Assembly (NCBI GenBank): GCA_041685625.1
Contig: JAWLFJ010000002.1
Span: forward strand, 14,339 to 78,338
Direction: 5' to 3'
From: Paracoccaceae bacterium
GTDB lineage: Bacteria; Pseudomonadota; Alphaproteobacteria; Rhodobacterales; Rhodobacteraceae
DNA: 64,000 bases
Part shown: in pieces, positions 1 to 8,471 of the stretch
Layout: each line of letters opens with the position of its first letter
Numbering within the stretch: position 1 is the first letter of the stretch
Made by a program: the position numbers and the translations under genes
Notes under the pieces: model-generated
Seen by the model: the letters and a program-made list of their open reading frames with translations, nothing else
The model's database searches: none
Told to the model about the DNA's origin: nothing

Positions 1-257
1 TCAAGCTGATCTCCACCCGCCGGCTCAGCGCCTTCCTGCCGCCGGCGGTGGACGGGCTCTGCGTCCACCGGCTGTTCTGCAACGCCGACCTCCTGGACTT
101 CGCGCGCGCCCGCGGCCTCGGCCTCGCGGTCTACGGGCTCGACCCCGACAAGCCGGAGCGCATCGCCCGCGTCGCGGCCTTCGCCGACTACGCGATCGTC
201 AGCCGTCCGCGGAAGCGGCGTCTGCGTCTCGCGCCGCCGCAGGCCATGGCGGCCTGA
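1..257 (+). CDS. 3' end of a CDS entering from the left edge; function unknown (weak resemblance to the C-terminus of glycerophosphodiester-phosphodiesterase-like proteins)
   Basis: Frame 3 is open from the window edge (KLISTRRLSAFLPPAVDGLCVHRLF...) to TGA at 255-257. It overlaps the 3' end of btaB convergently by 59 bp. Confidence 0.45.
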   Translation, partial: KLISTRRLSAFLPPAVDGLCVHRLFCNADLLDFARARGLGLAVYGLDPDKPERIARVAAFADYAIVSRPRKRRLRLAPPQAMAA

Positions 258-903
258 CCGGCCCCGCCTCCAGTTCCCGCGACCAGTCCGCGTAGCGCGA
301 GGCGACGCGCGCCTCCCGCCCCCGTTCCGCCGCCGCCTCCCGCAGCGCCTCCGGCAGTCCCGGCTGCGGCTCGACGTGATAGAGCGCCAGGAACCGCGAA
401 AGCCCCGCGCGCACCCAGCCCGGCAGCCCGTCCTGCATCCCGAAATCGACGACCATCAGCCGCCCCTCCGGCGCCGTGACGTCGAGCGCGCGCTCCAGCG
501 CCCCGCGCCAGTCCGGGATCATCGAGAGCGAGTAGCTCAGGAACACCCGCTCGAACCCCGCCTCGCCGAACAGCGCCTCGGGGTCGAACCGGGTGGCGTC
601 GCCCTCGGCGAGCCGGATCCGCTCCGAAAGCCCCGCCGCCTCGACCTTCCCCCGCGCGGTGCGCAGCATCTCGGAGGAGATGTCCACGCCGAAGAACCGC
701 GCCTCCGGCCATTGCCGCGCGGCGAGGATCAGGTTGCGCCCGGTCCCGCAGCCGATCTCGAGCACCCGGTCGCCCCTCTCCGGCGCCAGCGCGTCCAGAA
801 GTTCGTCCCGCCCGAGCAGGAAATACTTCCGCGTCGCGTCGTAGATGAAGCGCTGGCGCCGATAGACCGCGTCCATCAGCGCGCCGTGGCCGGCCCCGCT
901 CAT
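199..903 (-). CDS. btaB: BtaB-like class I SAM-dependent N-methyltransferase (diacylglycerylhomoserine N-methyltransferase)
   Basis: 234 aa starting MSGAGHGALMDAVYRRQRFIYD, with SAM motif VLEIGCGTGRN. The start ATG overlaps the btaA stop (ATGA at 900-903). The position directly downstream of btaA matches the Rhodobacter btaAB arrangement. Confidence 0.75.
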   Translation of the reverse strand: MSGAGHGALMDAVYRRQRFIYDATRKYFLLGRDELLDALAPERGDRVLEIGCGTGRNLILAARQWPEARFFGVDISSEMLRTARGKVEAAGLSERIRLAEGDATRFDPEALFGEAGFERVFLSYSLSMIPDWRGALERALDVTAPEGRLMVVDFGMQDGLPGWVRAGLSRFLALYHVEPQPGLPEALREAAAERGREARVASRYADWSRELEAGPVRPPWPAAARDADAASADG

Positions 904-2126
904 CCTTCGAAGGCGTAGACGTGTACGCCCCCGTAGATGGCCGAGCGGTCGCGCCGCGTCAGGTCGTCCGAGAGATCCCGCAGATAGGCGAAGCGCGACA
1001 GGGTCTCCTCCCGCACCCGCCCCGGCAGCAGGCTCGGCGCGTCGGCGGTGCGGAACAGCACCCGTGCTCCGGGCCGCGCCGTCCGCGCGATCTGCTCCCA
1101 GAGCGCGTCGAGCTGCGCGTCCGTCATCCAGTCCTGCGCGTCGAGCAGCACGTAGGCGTCGAAGGCCGGTCCGTCCTCGCGCGCCAGCCGGTCGGTCATC
1201 GAGGCCCGCTCGATCGTGGCGCGTCCGGCCCGGTCCTTCACCGTCTCCCAGTTCGCCCGCCGCAGATAGGGGGGCAGGGGGCCGCCGTCGCCCGGCGGGT
1301 AGCGCCGCGCCAGCGCCTGCCAGGCGAACCAGTTCTCCGACAGCGGGAAGTCGCAGAGCAGCTTGCGCAGACGCTGCTTCAGCACCGCCGTCATGTCGCC
1401 GTTGCCGGCCCGCGCCAGGCTCTCGTACTGCGCCGGCGGAATGCCGAGGCCGAACAGCGTCGCCTTGCGCGAGGCCAGCGTCTGCACCAGTCGCGACTCG
1501 AACAGCGGCGCGATGTCGCGGTCGAAGCGCTCGCGCTGCTCCTCGAGCGTCGTCGCCTCGAGGAAGCTCTCGAGATCCGCGCCGAGGCGCCGCGCGAAGA
1601 AGTGTCCGGCGCCGATGAATGCGCCCAGCAGCCCCTGCCGGTAGAGCCCCCGCCCGAACATCGAGACGCGGCGCCGGCCGCGCCAGTCGCGCACCTCCCA
1701 ATAGGCCCGGTCGGCGCCCGTCAGGCCCGGCCGGAGATGGCGGTAGTAGACCGAGAGCGCCCGGTCCCCCTCGCCCTCGCCGAACAGCGCGAAGAACAGG
1801 GCGTGGGTCGGCAGCCGCTTCGCCGCCGTCAGCTTCAGCTCCAGCAGCTTGACGTGGTGACGGTTGAGATCCACCGCCGTCACCGCCTCGGGGTCCGTCA
1901 GCAGATAGTGCATGACGTTGCAGCCGCCGGAGCCGATGCAGAAGATCCGCTTGCCCGGGGCCAGCGCCAGTCCTTCGGCGTCGACCTCCGGATCCTCCCA
2001 GATCTGCGGATAGACGAGCCCGCTGAACGCGGTCGTGAAGACGCGCTCCAGCAGCCCCGCGCTCGTCGCCGCCGAGGCCCTGTGCACCGCCGCGCCCAGC
2101 CCCGATCCGGTCCCGCCGTCCTTCAT
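900..2126 (-). CDS. btaA: S-adenosylmethionine:diacylglycerol 3-amino-3-carboxypropyl transferase (BtaA, DUF3419 family)
   Basis: 408 aa with family-typical strings VYPQIWEDPEVD, IGSGGCNVMHYLL and LLDAQDWM. It is followed by the coupled methyltransferase. Confidence 0.8.
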   Translation of the reverse strand: MKDGGTGSGLGAAVHRASAATSAGLLERVFTTAFSGLVYPQIWEDPEVDAEGLALAPGKRIFCIGSGGCNVMHYLLTDPEAVTAVDLNRHHVKLLELKLTAAKRLPTHALFFALFGEGEGDRALSVYYRHLRPGLTGADRAYWEVRDWRGRRRVSMFGRGLYRQGLLGAFIGAGHFFARRLGADLESFLEATTLEEQRERFDRDIAPLFESRLVQTLASRKATLFGLGIPPAQYESLARAGNGDMTAVLKQRLRKLLCDFPLSENWFAWQALARRYPPGDGGPLPPYLRRANWETVKDRAGRATIERASMTDRLAREDGPAFDAYVLLDAQDWMTDAQLDALWEQIARTARPGARVLFRTADAPSLLPGRVREETLSRFAYLRDLSDDLTRRDRSAIYGGVHVYAFEG

Positions 2127-2251
2127 TCCGCCGCTCCCGATCCCGGAATCCCTTCGCGCCTGCGGTAGCGACGCCGGGCGCCCGTGTCACCCCTCGGGAC
2201 CGTCGCAGGGACGTCACGAAGCGTCGGGCGCGGGCGCCGTCGGAATCGCGG

Positions 2252-3196
2252 TCAGAGCCGTGAGACCTCGGTCTCCGCCAGCGTCTTCTCCACCCCCTCG
2301 CGCGTCACCAGCGCCGTCGCCGGCGTCGTCACCGCGAAGGCCGCCGCCGCCGTCGCCCGCCGCAGCGCTTCGCCGAGGCCGGCCTCCGCCGCGAGCCCCA
2401 TCACCAGCGCCGCGACGAAGCTGTCGCCGGCCCCCGTCGCGCTCACCACCTCGCGCTTCGGCGGCCGGCTGCGCCAGCCCTCTTCGGCGGAGACGGCGAC
2501 CGCGCCGTCGCCGGCCAGCGTCACCGCGGCGATCTCCGCCGCCCCGCGGTCCACGAGGTCGCGCGCCAGCCCCTCCGCCTCCTCGGCCGAGGGCGCCTCG
2601 ACCCCGATCAGCCCGCCGGCCTCGGCCCGGTCCATGCGCAGGACATGCGCCCCGGCGCCCTCCTCGGACGCCGCCTCCAGCCCGACGCCCGAGGTGTCGA
2701 TCACCGCCCGCGCGCCCCGCGCCCGCGCCGCCTGCACGAAGCGGCGCGGCCAGTCCTCCGGCATCCCGGGCGGAAGGCTGCCGGAGAACACCGCGTAATC
2801 CCCCTCGGAGAGGCGCCCGCAGACGTCCTCCAGCGCCGCGTCCGCCTCCGCCCCGCTCCAGTCGGCGCCGGGCACCAGGAACCGGAACTGCTCCCCCGTC
2901 TCCTCGTCCGTGACGCCAAGCGTGCGCCGCGTGTCGCCGGGCGCCTCGAACACCGCCGCCTCGATCCCCTCGCGCTCCAGCAGCTTGCGGTAGTCGTCGC
3001 CGGTCCCGCCGCCGAGGGCGATCCAGGCCAGCGCCTCGCCGCCCATCAGCCGGATCGCCCGCGCCACGTTGGCCCCGCCGCCGCCCGGATCCAGCCGCGG
3101 CGCCCGGCAGCGCAGCTTCGCCCCCGGCACGACCCGGTCGACCGAGGTCGCCATGTCCAGCGCCGGGTTCGGCGTCACCGTCACGATCCGCACCAT
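2252..3196 (-). CDS. 1-phosphofructokinase-family (PfkB) carbohydrate kinase
   Basis: 314 aa. The N-terminus IVTVTPNPALD...GGGGANVA and the C-terminal SATGAGDSFVAALV motif are typical of PfkB/FruK-type kinases. Confidence 0.75.
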   Translation of the reverse strand: MVRIVTVTPNPALDMATSVDRVVPGAKLRCRAPRLDPGGGGANVARAIRLMGGEALAWIALGGGTGDDYRKLLEREGIEAAVFEAPGDTRRTLGVTDEETGEQFRFLVPGADWSGAEADAALEDVCGRLSEGDYAVFSGSLPPGMPEDWPRRFVQAARARGARAVIDTSGVGLEAASEEGAGAHVLRMDRAEAGGLIGVEAPSAEEAEGLARDLVDRGAAEIAAVTLAGDGAVAVSAEEGWRSRPPKREVVSATGAGDSFVAALVMGLAAEAGLGEALRRATAAAAFAVTTPATALVTREGVEKTLAETEVSRL

Positions 3197-3314
3197 CGTC
3201 GTCCTCCCGTGACTCGCCGTCGCCCCCGGTCCGCGATCACGGACGCGTCAGGGCGCTGGCGTCCGTCCGCGACGGGGCGCACATCAGGGTTCGTCCCACC
3301 GCAGGAGCCGACCC

Positions 3315-3599
3315 ATGCGCCTCGCCGCCCTGATCCTTCTCGCCGTCGCGATCGCCGCGCTCGTCGCCGACCTTCTCGGCGGGCGCGCGGCGTCGTTCGG
3401 CGAGCGCTGGGCGCAGCTCCATCGCGAAAGCCTCATCGGCCTTCAGTCCGGGCTCGAGAACCGCGTCCATGCGGACCTCTTCTTCGAGTGGGTCCTGCCG
3501 GTGCTGGAGCTGCCCGCCGCCGCCACGCTCGCCGTGCTCGGGCTCGCGCTGTTCGCCATCGCCGCGCTCCTGCGCCGTCGTCGCCTCCGCGAAAGCTAA
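3315..3599 (+). CDS. small hypothetical membrane protein (94 aa)
   Basis: Hydrophobic N- and C-terminal segments (LAALILLAVAIAALVADLL and AAATLAVLGLALFAIAALL) and a basic tail. The stop codon lies inside a 34-bp tandem duplication. Confidence 0.45.
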   Translation: MRLAALILLAVAIAALVADLLGGRAASFGERWAQLHRESLIGLQSGLENRVHADLFFEWVLPVLELPAAATLAVLGLALFAIAALLRRRRLRES

Positions 3600-3637
3600 G
3601 TGCCTGCGCCGTCGTCGCCTCCGCGAAAGCTAAGTGC
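3570..3637. repeat. perfect tandem duplication, 2 x 34 bp (CTGCGCCGTCGTCGCCTCCGCGAAAGCTAAGTGC)
   Basis: Read directly: 3570-3603 and 3604-3637 are identical. Copy 1 contains the TAA stop (3597-3599) of the 3315-3599 ORF. Confidence 0.9.
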
Positions 3638-3662
3638 GCCCGCCGCAGCGTCAACGCCGCTC

Positions 3663-5543
3663 TCAGGCGACGCGCCGCCCGCGTCTGCGGCTGCGCGCCT
3701 GCGCCATCGGGTCGGAATCGAACAGCGCGGCCAGCTGTTCCGTCATCGCGCCGGCCAGCTGGTCCACGTCGGTGATCGTCACCGCCTTCTGATAGTAGCG
3801 CGTCACGTCGTGGCCGATGCCGATGGCCAGCAGCTCCACCGCGCGGCGCCGCTCGATCATCGCGATCACGTCGCGCAGATGCTTCTCGAGGTAGTTCGAC
3901 GGGTTCACGCTGAGCGTCGAGTCGTCCACCGGCGCGCCGTCCGAGATCACCATCAGGATCTTGCGCGCCTCGGGCCGCCGCTCCAGCCGGCGGTTGGCCC
4001 ATTCCAGCGCCTCGCCGTCGATGTTCTCCTTCAGGAGCCCTTCCTTCATCATCAGCCCGAGGCTCGCGCGCGCCCGGCGCCAAGGCGCGTCGGCGCCCTT
4101 GTAGACGATATGTCGAAGATCGTTCAGCCGGCCGGGCAGGGCGGGCCGGCCCGCCTGCAGCCAGGCCTCGCGGCTCTGTCCGCCCTTCCAGGCGCGCGTG
4201 GTGAAGCCCAGCACCTCGACCTTCACGCCGCAGCGCTCCAGCGTCCGCGCGAGGATGTCGGCCGAGATCGCGGCGATGGAGATCGGCCGCCCCCGCATCG
4301 AGCCGGAATTGTCGATCAGCAGGCTCACGACCGTGTCGCGGAACTTCGATTCCTGCTCGACCTTGAAGGAAAGCGGCATGGTCGGGTTGGCCACCACCCG
4401 CGCCAGGCGCGCGGCGTCGAGCACGCCCTCCTCCTTGTCGAAGTCCCAGCTTCGGTTCTGCTGCGCCTGCAGCCGCCGCTGCAGCTTGTTGGCGAGGCGC
4501 CCGACGGCGCCCTTCAGCGGCTCCAGCTGCTGGTCGAGATACGAGCGCAGGCGCTCCAGCTCCTCCGTCTCGGCGAGGTCGGTGGCGTCGATCTCCTCGT
4601 CGAACTTCGTGGTGAAGACCCTGTAGCCCGGATCGGCGTCGGAGATCGGGGCCGGCTTCGGCGGGGCTTCGGGCGGCTCGCCGTCGTCGGCCGGAGCCTC
4701 CTCGGCCATGTCCGCGTCGTCCTGCTCCTCGAGCGCGGCCTGCGCCGAGGCGGCGTCCTGGCTCTCGGAGGTCTGGTCGTCGGGGGCGAAGTCCTGGTCC
4801 TCGTCGCCGCCCTCCTCGCCGGCCTGGTCCTCGTCCGGCTGGGGCTGCTGCTCGCCCTCCTCGTCCTCCTCCTCCTCGCCCTCGTCGGGCTGGTCCGGAT
4901 CGTCGCCGAGCTGGTCGCCGTAGCCCAGCTCGTCGATCACCTTGCGCGCCAGCCGCGCGAAGGCGGTCTGATCGTCGAGCCGCTCGCAGACCTCGTCCAT
5001 GGTCTCGCCCGACTGCTGCTCGAGGAAGCCGCGCCAGAGCTCCAGCACGTTCTCGCAGTCCTTCGGCAGCTCGCGCCCGGTGGCGAGGCTGCGCAGCATG
5101 TAGCCGGCCGCCTCCGCCAGCGGCGCCTGCCCGACGTCCTTGACGTCGCCGTAGCCCATGCGCCGCGCGTTCTCGGCGAGGCGCGCGTCGAGATTGGCGG
5201 CGACGCCCGGCATCGCCCGCGAGCCGATCGCCTCGCAGCGCGCCGTCTCCATCGCCTCGAACAAACCGCGCGCCATGTCGCCGGAGGGCAGGTAGCGCGC
5301 GTGCGTCGCGTCGTCGTGAAAGCGCAGCCGCAGCGCGTAGGCGTCGCCGGCGCCGCGGGCCTGCATGACCTCGTCGCGGCTCATCCGGCGCGTCACCTGC
5401 GGCAGGCGCACGGTGTCGGCGCTCATCCCCGGCGGGTCGACCGAGTAGCTGACCGCGAGATCCGAGTCGTCGGCGAGCGCGCGCGTCGCCTCGGCCAACG
5501 CCTTCTTGAAGGGTTCGGCGGGATTGTCGGGTTTGGGCGCCAT
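3663..5543 (-). CDS. cobT: aerobic cobaltochelatase subunit CobT
   Basis: 626 aa. N-terminus [14 protein letters not shown], a long acidic linker ([14 protein letters not shown]...) and a C-terminal vWA-like region ([30 protein letters not shown]) are characteristic of CobT. Confidence 0.85.
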   Translation of the reverse strand: MAPKPDNPAEPFKKALAEATRALADDSDLAVSYSVDPPGMSADTVRLPQVTRRMSRDEVMQARGAGDAYALRLRFHDDATHARYLPSGDMARGLFEAMETARCEAIGSRAMPGVAANLDARLAENARRMGYGDVKDVGQAPLAEAAGYMLRSLATGRELPKDCENVLELWRGFLEQQSGETMDEVCERLDDQTAFARLARKVIDELGYGDQLGDDPDQPDEGEEEEDEEGEQQPQPDEDQAGEEGGDEDQDFAPDDQTSESQDAASAQAALEEQDDADMAEEAPADDGEPPEAPPKPAPISDADPGYRVFTTKFDEEIDATDLAETEELERLRSYLDQQLEPLKGAVGRLANKLQRRLQAQQNRSWDFDKEEGVLDAARLARVVANPTMPLSFKVEQESKFRDTVVSLLIDNSGSMRGRPISIAAISADILARTLERCGVKVEVLGFTTRAWKGGQSREAWLQAGRPALPGRLNDLRHIVYKGADAPWRRARASLGLMMKEGLLKENIDGEALEWANRRLERRPEARKILMVISDGAPVDDSTLSVNPSNYLEKHLRDVIAMIERRRAVELLAIGIGHDVTRYYQKAVTITDVDQLAGAMTEQLAALFDSDPMAQARSRRRGRRVA

Positions 5544-5648
5544 GTCGGGGCCTCGTGCTCCTCGGGGCCGCGCTCGAAGCTCCGCGCCCCGCGCGCTCCG
5601 GCCCTCGTTCGTGACGGGACCGCCCCCGGAGGCTCCGGGGGCGCGTCC

Positions 5649-6107
5649 TCAGCCGTCGCGGCCCTGCGCCTCGAGGACCTCGGCGCAGACGGCGAGGTCG
5701 GCCTGCAGCAGGCCCTCGGCCGAGCCGCCCCAGGCCGGGTCGGGGAAGGTCGCGAGGTAGCGCATCACCGCGTCCTGCATCAGGCGCTCGACGCGGGCCT
5801 CGATCTGCGCCTCGGACTCGCCGTCGGTCATCTCGCGGCCAAGCAGGGCCATGACGAAGCTCTCGTAGGCGAAGTTGGCGTCGCGCCGCGCGTCGCCGCC
5901 CTCGGGCAGGGCGCTGCGCCAGATCCAGGTCGCCCCGGCGCATCGGTCGAGCGCCGCGTCTCCGGCCGCGGCCGCGACCGGATCGGACCAGGGCGCGGGC
6001 GGGTTCTCCGGCGCGCTCGTCGCCGCGTCGCCCTCGACGCCGGAGCCGGCGAGCGCCGGTCCCGAGAGGAGAAGCGCGGCGAGGAGCGCGGGCGCCATCC
6101 GGCTCAT
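5649..6107 (-). CDS. hypothetical secreted protein (152 aa)
   Basis: Sec-type signal peptide [23 protein letters not shown]. The start overlaps the cobS stop (ATGA at 6104-6107). I recognise no family. Confidence 0.55.
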   Translation of the reverse strand: MSRMAPALLAALLLSGPALAGSGVEGDAATSAPENPPAPWSDPVAAAAGDAALDRCAGATWIWRSALPEGGDARRDANFAYESFVMALLGREMTDGESEAQIEARVERLMQDAVMRYLATFPDPAWGGSAEGLLQADLAVCAEVLEAQGRDG

Positions 6108-7093
6108 CCGAGGCTCACCGAGGCGGCGCTCTCGGGCAGCTCCTCGCCGAAGCAGCGCTGGTAGAATTCGGCGACGGTCTGGCGCTCCAGCTCGTCGCAC
6201 TTGTTGAGGAAGGTGACGCGGAACGAGAAGCCGAGATCTCCGCCGAAGATCCGCGCGTTCTCGGCCCAGGCGAGCACCGTCCGCGGGCTCATCACGGTCG
6301 AGAGATCGCCGTTCATGAAGGCCGAGCGGGTGAGATCCGCGACCGTCACCATGCGGGAGACCTTGGTGCGTCCCTCCGGCGTGCGGTAGTCGGGGTTCTT
6401 CGCCAGCACAATCTCGCACTCGGCGTCGTGCTCGAGGTAGTTGAGCGTCACCACCAGCGACCAGCGGTCCATCTGGCCCTGGTTGATCTGCTGGGTGCCG
6501 TGATAGAGGCCCGTCGTGTCGCCGAGGCCGACGGTGTTCGCCGTCGCGAACAGGCGGAAGAACGGGTGCGGGTGGATCACCTCGTTCTGGTCGAGCAGCG
6601 TCAGCTTGCCGTCGGTCTCCAGCACGCGCTGGATCACGAACATCACGTCCGGCCGGCCCGCGTCGTACTCGTCGAAGACGATGGCGACCGGGTTGCGCAG
6701 CGCCCAGGGCAGGATGCCCTCCTGGAACTCGGTGATCTGCACGCCCTCGCGCAGCTTGATCGCGTCCTTTCCGATCAGGTCGATGCGGCTGATGTGGCTG
6801 TCGAGATTGACCCGCACGCAGGGCCAGTTCAGCCGCGCCGCCACCTGCTCGATATGCGTCGACTTGCCGGTGCCGTGGTAGCCTTGGATCATCACGCGAC
6901 GGTTGAAGGCGAAGCCCGCGAGGATCGCCAGCGTGGTGTCCTTGTCGAAGCGATAGGTGGGATCGAAGCTCGGCACCCGATCCGTCGCCTCGGAGAATCC
7001 TTTCACGGTCATGTCCGAGTCGATGCCGAAGGCGTCGCGAACCGAGACGTCCACGGTGGGTTCCATCGAATCGAGCAGCGTTCCGTCGGCCAT
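6104..7093 (-). CDS. cobS: aerobic cobaltochelatase subunit CobS (AAA+ ATPase)
   Basis: 329 aa. Walker [14 protein letters not shown], plus [13 protein letters not shown] and FRLFATANT, are typical of CobS. Confidence 0.9.
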   Translation of the reverse strand: MADGTLLDSMEPTVDVSVRDAFGIDSDMTVKGFSEATDRVPSFDPTYRFDKDTTLAILAGFAFNRRVMIQGYHGTGKSTHIEQVAARLNWPCVRVNLDSHISRIDLIGKDAIKLREGVQITEFQEGILPWALRNPVAIVFDEYDAGRPDVMFVIQRVLETDGKLTLLDQNEVIHPHPFFRLFATANTVGLGDTTGLYHGTQQINQGQMDRWSLVVTLNYLEHDAECEIVLAKNPDYRTPEGRTKVSRMVTVADLTRSAFMNGDLSTVMSPRTVLAWAENARIFGGDLGFSFRVTFLNKCDELERQTVAEFYQRCFGEELPESAASVSLG

Positions 7094-7436
7094 ATGGGTC
7101 GTCTCGCGTCAGCTGGCGCCGCCGCGGCGGCGGCGACCGGGGTTGCAGGCGTTGTGGAGCATATGGGTTCGCGTCGCAAGCCCGCCACCCCGCGGGCCCG
7201 CGCCTTCCCCTCCGCCGTCCCGGCCGCCCGTCCCGGCGCGAGCGCGGGTCCTCGGCCCCCGCCGCGGTCTCGTCTCCGCCACGGGGCGGGCCTCGCCGGC
7301 GGCCGCGCGCGCGCGACGCGCCCGCGGCCGGCCGCGGGCGGGCGCGTCCCGCCCGATCCGATCCGCAGACGCCGAGCGCCGTTGACCCGGCCCGCCCGGT
7401 CCCCGACGTTAACCCCGCTTAACGGAAAGGACCGCC

Positions 7437-8129
7437 ATGCCCGCCCGCGCCCCCGCCGTCGTCGCCCTCCTCGCCGGGCTCCTCTCCCTCGCGGCCCCCG
7501 CCGCGGCGGAGCGCGTCTCCGGTCCCGCCCGCGTCGTCGACGGCGACACGCTCGAGGTCTCCGGCCGCAAGGTGCGGCTGCTCGGCATCGACGCGCCGGA
7601 GCGCGACCAGCCCTGCGAAGACGCGACCGGTCGCCCCTACGCCTGCGGCGCGGCGGCGCACGAGGCGCTCGCCGCGCTCACCGAAGGACGGCGCGTCACC
7701 TGCGAAGGACCGGGCGAGGATCCGTGGGGCCGGCTCGTCGCGCGCTGCGCGGCCGAGGGCCGCGACCTCGGCGCGGCGCTCGTGCGCGCCGGCGTCGCCC
7801 TCGCCTACGAACGCTTCGACGACGCCTACCTCCCCCAGCAGGCCGCCGCGAAGGCGGAGGGCGCGGGCCTCTGGGCCGGGCGCTTCGAGCCCCCCTGGGA
7901 GCACCGCGCCGCCGAGCGCCAGGCCGAGCGCGCCGCCGCCCTCGCCCGCGCGCCGGCCGACCCCGACTGCCGCATCAAAGGCAACGTCTCCCGCAACGGA
8001 CGCCTCTACCATCTGCCCGAATGGCGCTCCTGGACCGCCACCCGCATCGACGAGGCCAAGGGCGAGCGCTGGTTCTGCTCGGAGGCCGAGGCCCGCGCCG
8101 CCGGCTGGTCCCCCGCCTTCGGAAACTGA
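7437..8129 (+). CDS. secreted thermonuclease (staphylococcal-nuclease-like) with a C-terminal Cys-containing module
   Basis: Signal peptide MPARAPAVVALLAGLLSLAAPAAA. SNase-type strings VVDGDTLEV, VRLLGIDAPE and GLW. The C-terminal CRIKGNVSRNGRLYHLPEW...WFCSEAEARAAGW resembles the module NCBI calls the sunset domain. Confidence 0.75.
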   Translation: MPARAPAVVALLAGLLSLAAPAAAERVSGPARVVDGDTLEVSGRKVRLLGIDAPERDQPCEDATGRPYACGAAAHEALAALTEGRRVTCEGPGEDPWGRLVARCAAEGRDLGAALVRAGVALAYERFDDAYLPQQAAAKAEGAGLWAGRFEPPWEHRAAERQAERAAALARAPADPDCRIKGNVSRNGRLYHLPEWRSWTATRIDEAKGERWFCSEAEARAAGWSPAFGN

Positions 8130-8244
8130 GCCGGGGCTCCCGCGCGCCGCCGCCCCTCCGGGGCGCCGCCGCCATGGGCCCGGCGGCGCGGCGGGGGCCC
8201 GTGCCGGGCCCGTCGCCGCGCCGCGGGCGCTCGCCTTGCCCGCC

Positions 8245-8364
8245 GCGCAGGAGCGCGGCCGACGACCCCCTGCCGCCCAGGATCGCGGCCGACGTCCCCC
8301 CCGGCGCGCAGGACTGCGCCCGAACTCCCCCGGCGCGCAGGAGCGCGGCCGACGTCCCCCCAGG
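8245..8364. repeat. intergenic imperfect tandem repeat, 4 units of 29-31 bp (GCGCAGGAGCGCGGCCGACGTCCCCCC-like)
   Basis: The unit-start hexamer (GCGCAG; GCCCAG in unit 2) begins at 8245, 8275, 8306 and 8335. Units 1 and 4 differ at 1 of 26 positions. A degenerate fifth unit follows. Confidence 0.8.
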
Positions 8365-8471
8365 CGCCGCGATCGGCGGCCCGGCCCGGCCACCGCGAGA
8401 CCCCGGCGCCCCGCCCGCCCCCCGCCGGTCCCTCTTCCAGCGTCCGGCGATCCGCGCTATGCGCCCGCCCC

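Noticed and set aside
2185-2217. TGTCAC ... GTCGCA ... CGTCAC upstream of btaA as a possible Pho box.
   Set aside because: Only two GTC(G/A)C half-sites are in 11-bp phase. They are poor matches to CTGTCAT and are in the reverse orientation relative to btaA. This is too weak to call without a position weight matrix and comparative data.
4690-4925. A GAG/GAC/GGC-rich low-complexity DNA stretch that looks like a repeat array.
   Set aside because: It encodes the acidic linker ([32 protein letters not shown]) typical of CobT proteins. It is in frame within cobT and is not an independent element.
7409-7423. TTAACCCCGCTTAAC upstream of the nuclease gene, reminiscent of a CtrA box.
   Set aside because: The half-sites are spaced TTAA-N6-TTAA, whereas the CtrA consensus is TTAA-N7-TTAAC. 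The site also overlaps the RBS region. It is kept only as a note under the nuclease finding.
7094-7436. Possible cobalamin riboswitch upstream of cobS in the 343-bp leader/intergenic region.
   Set aside because: I could not find a B12-box-like core or the conserved GCCACTG-type element on either strand. A covariance-model scan would be needed to exclude it formally.
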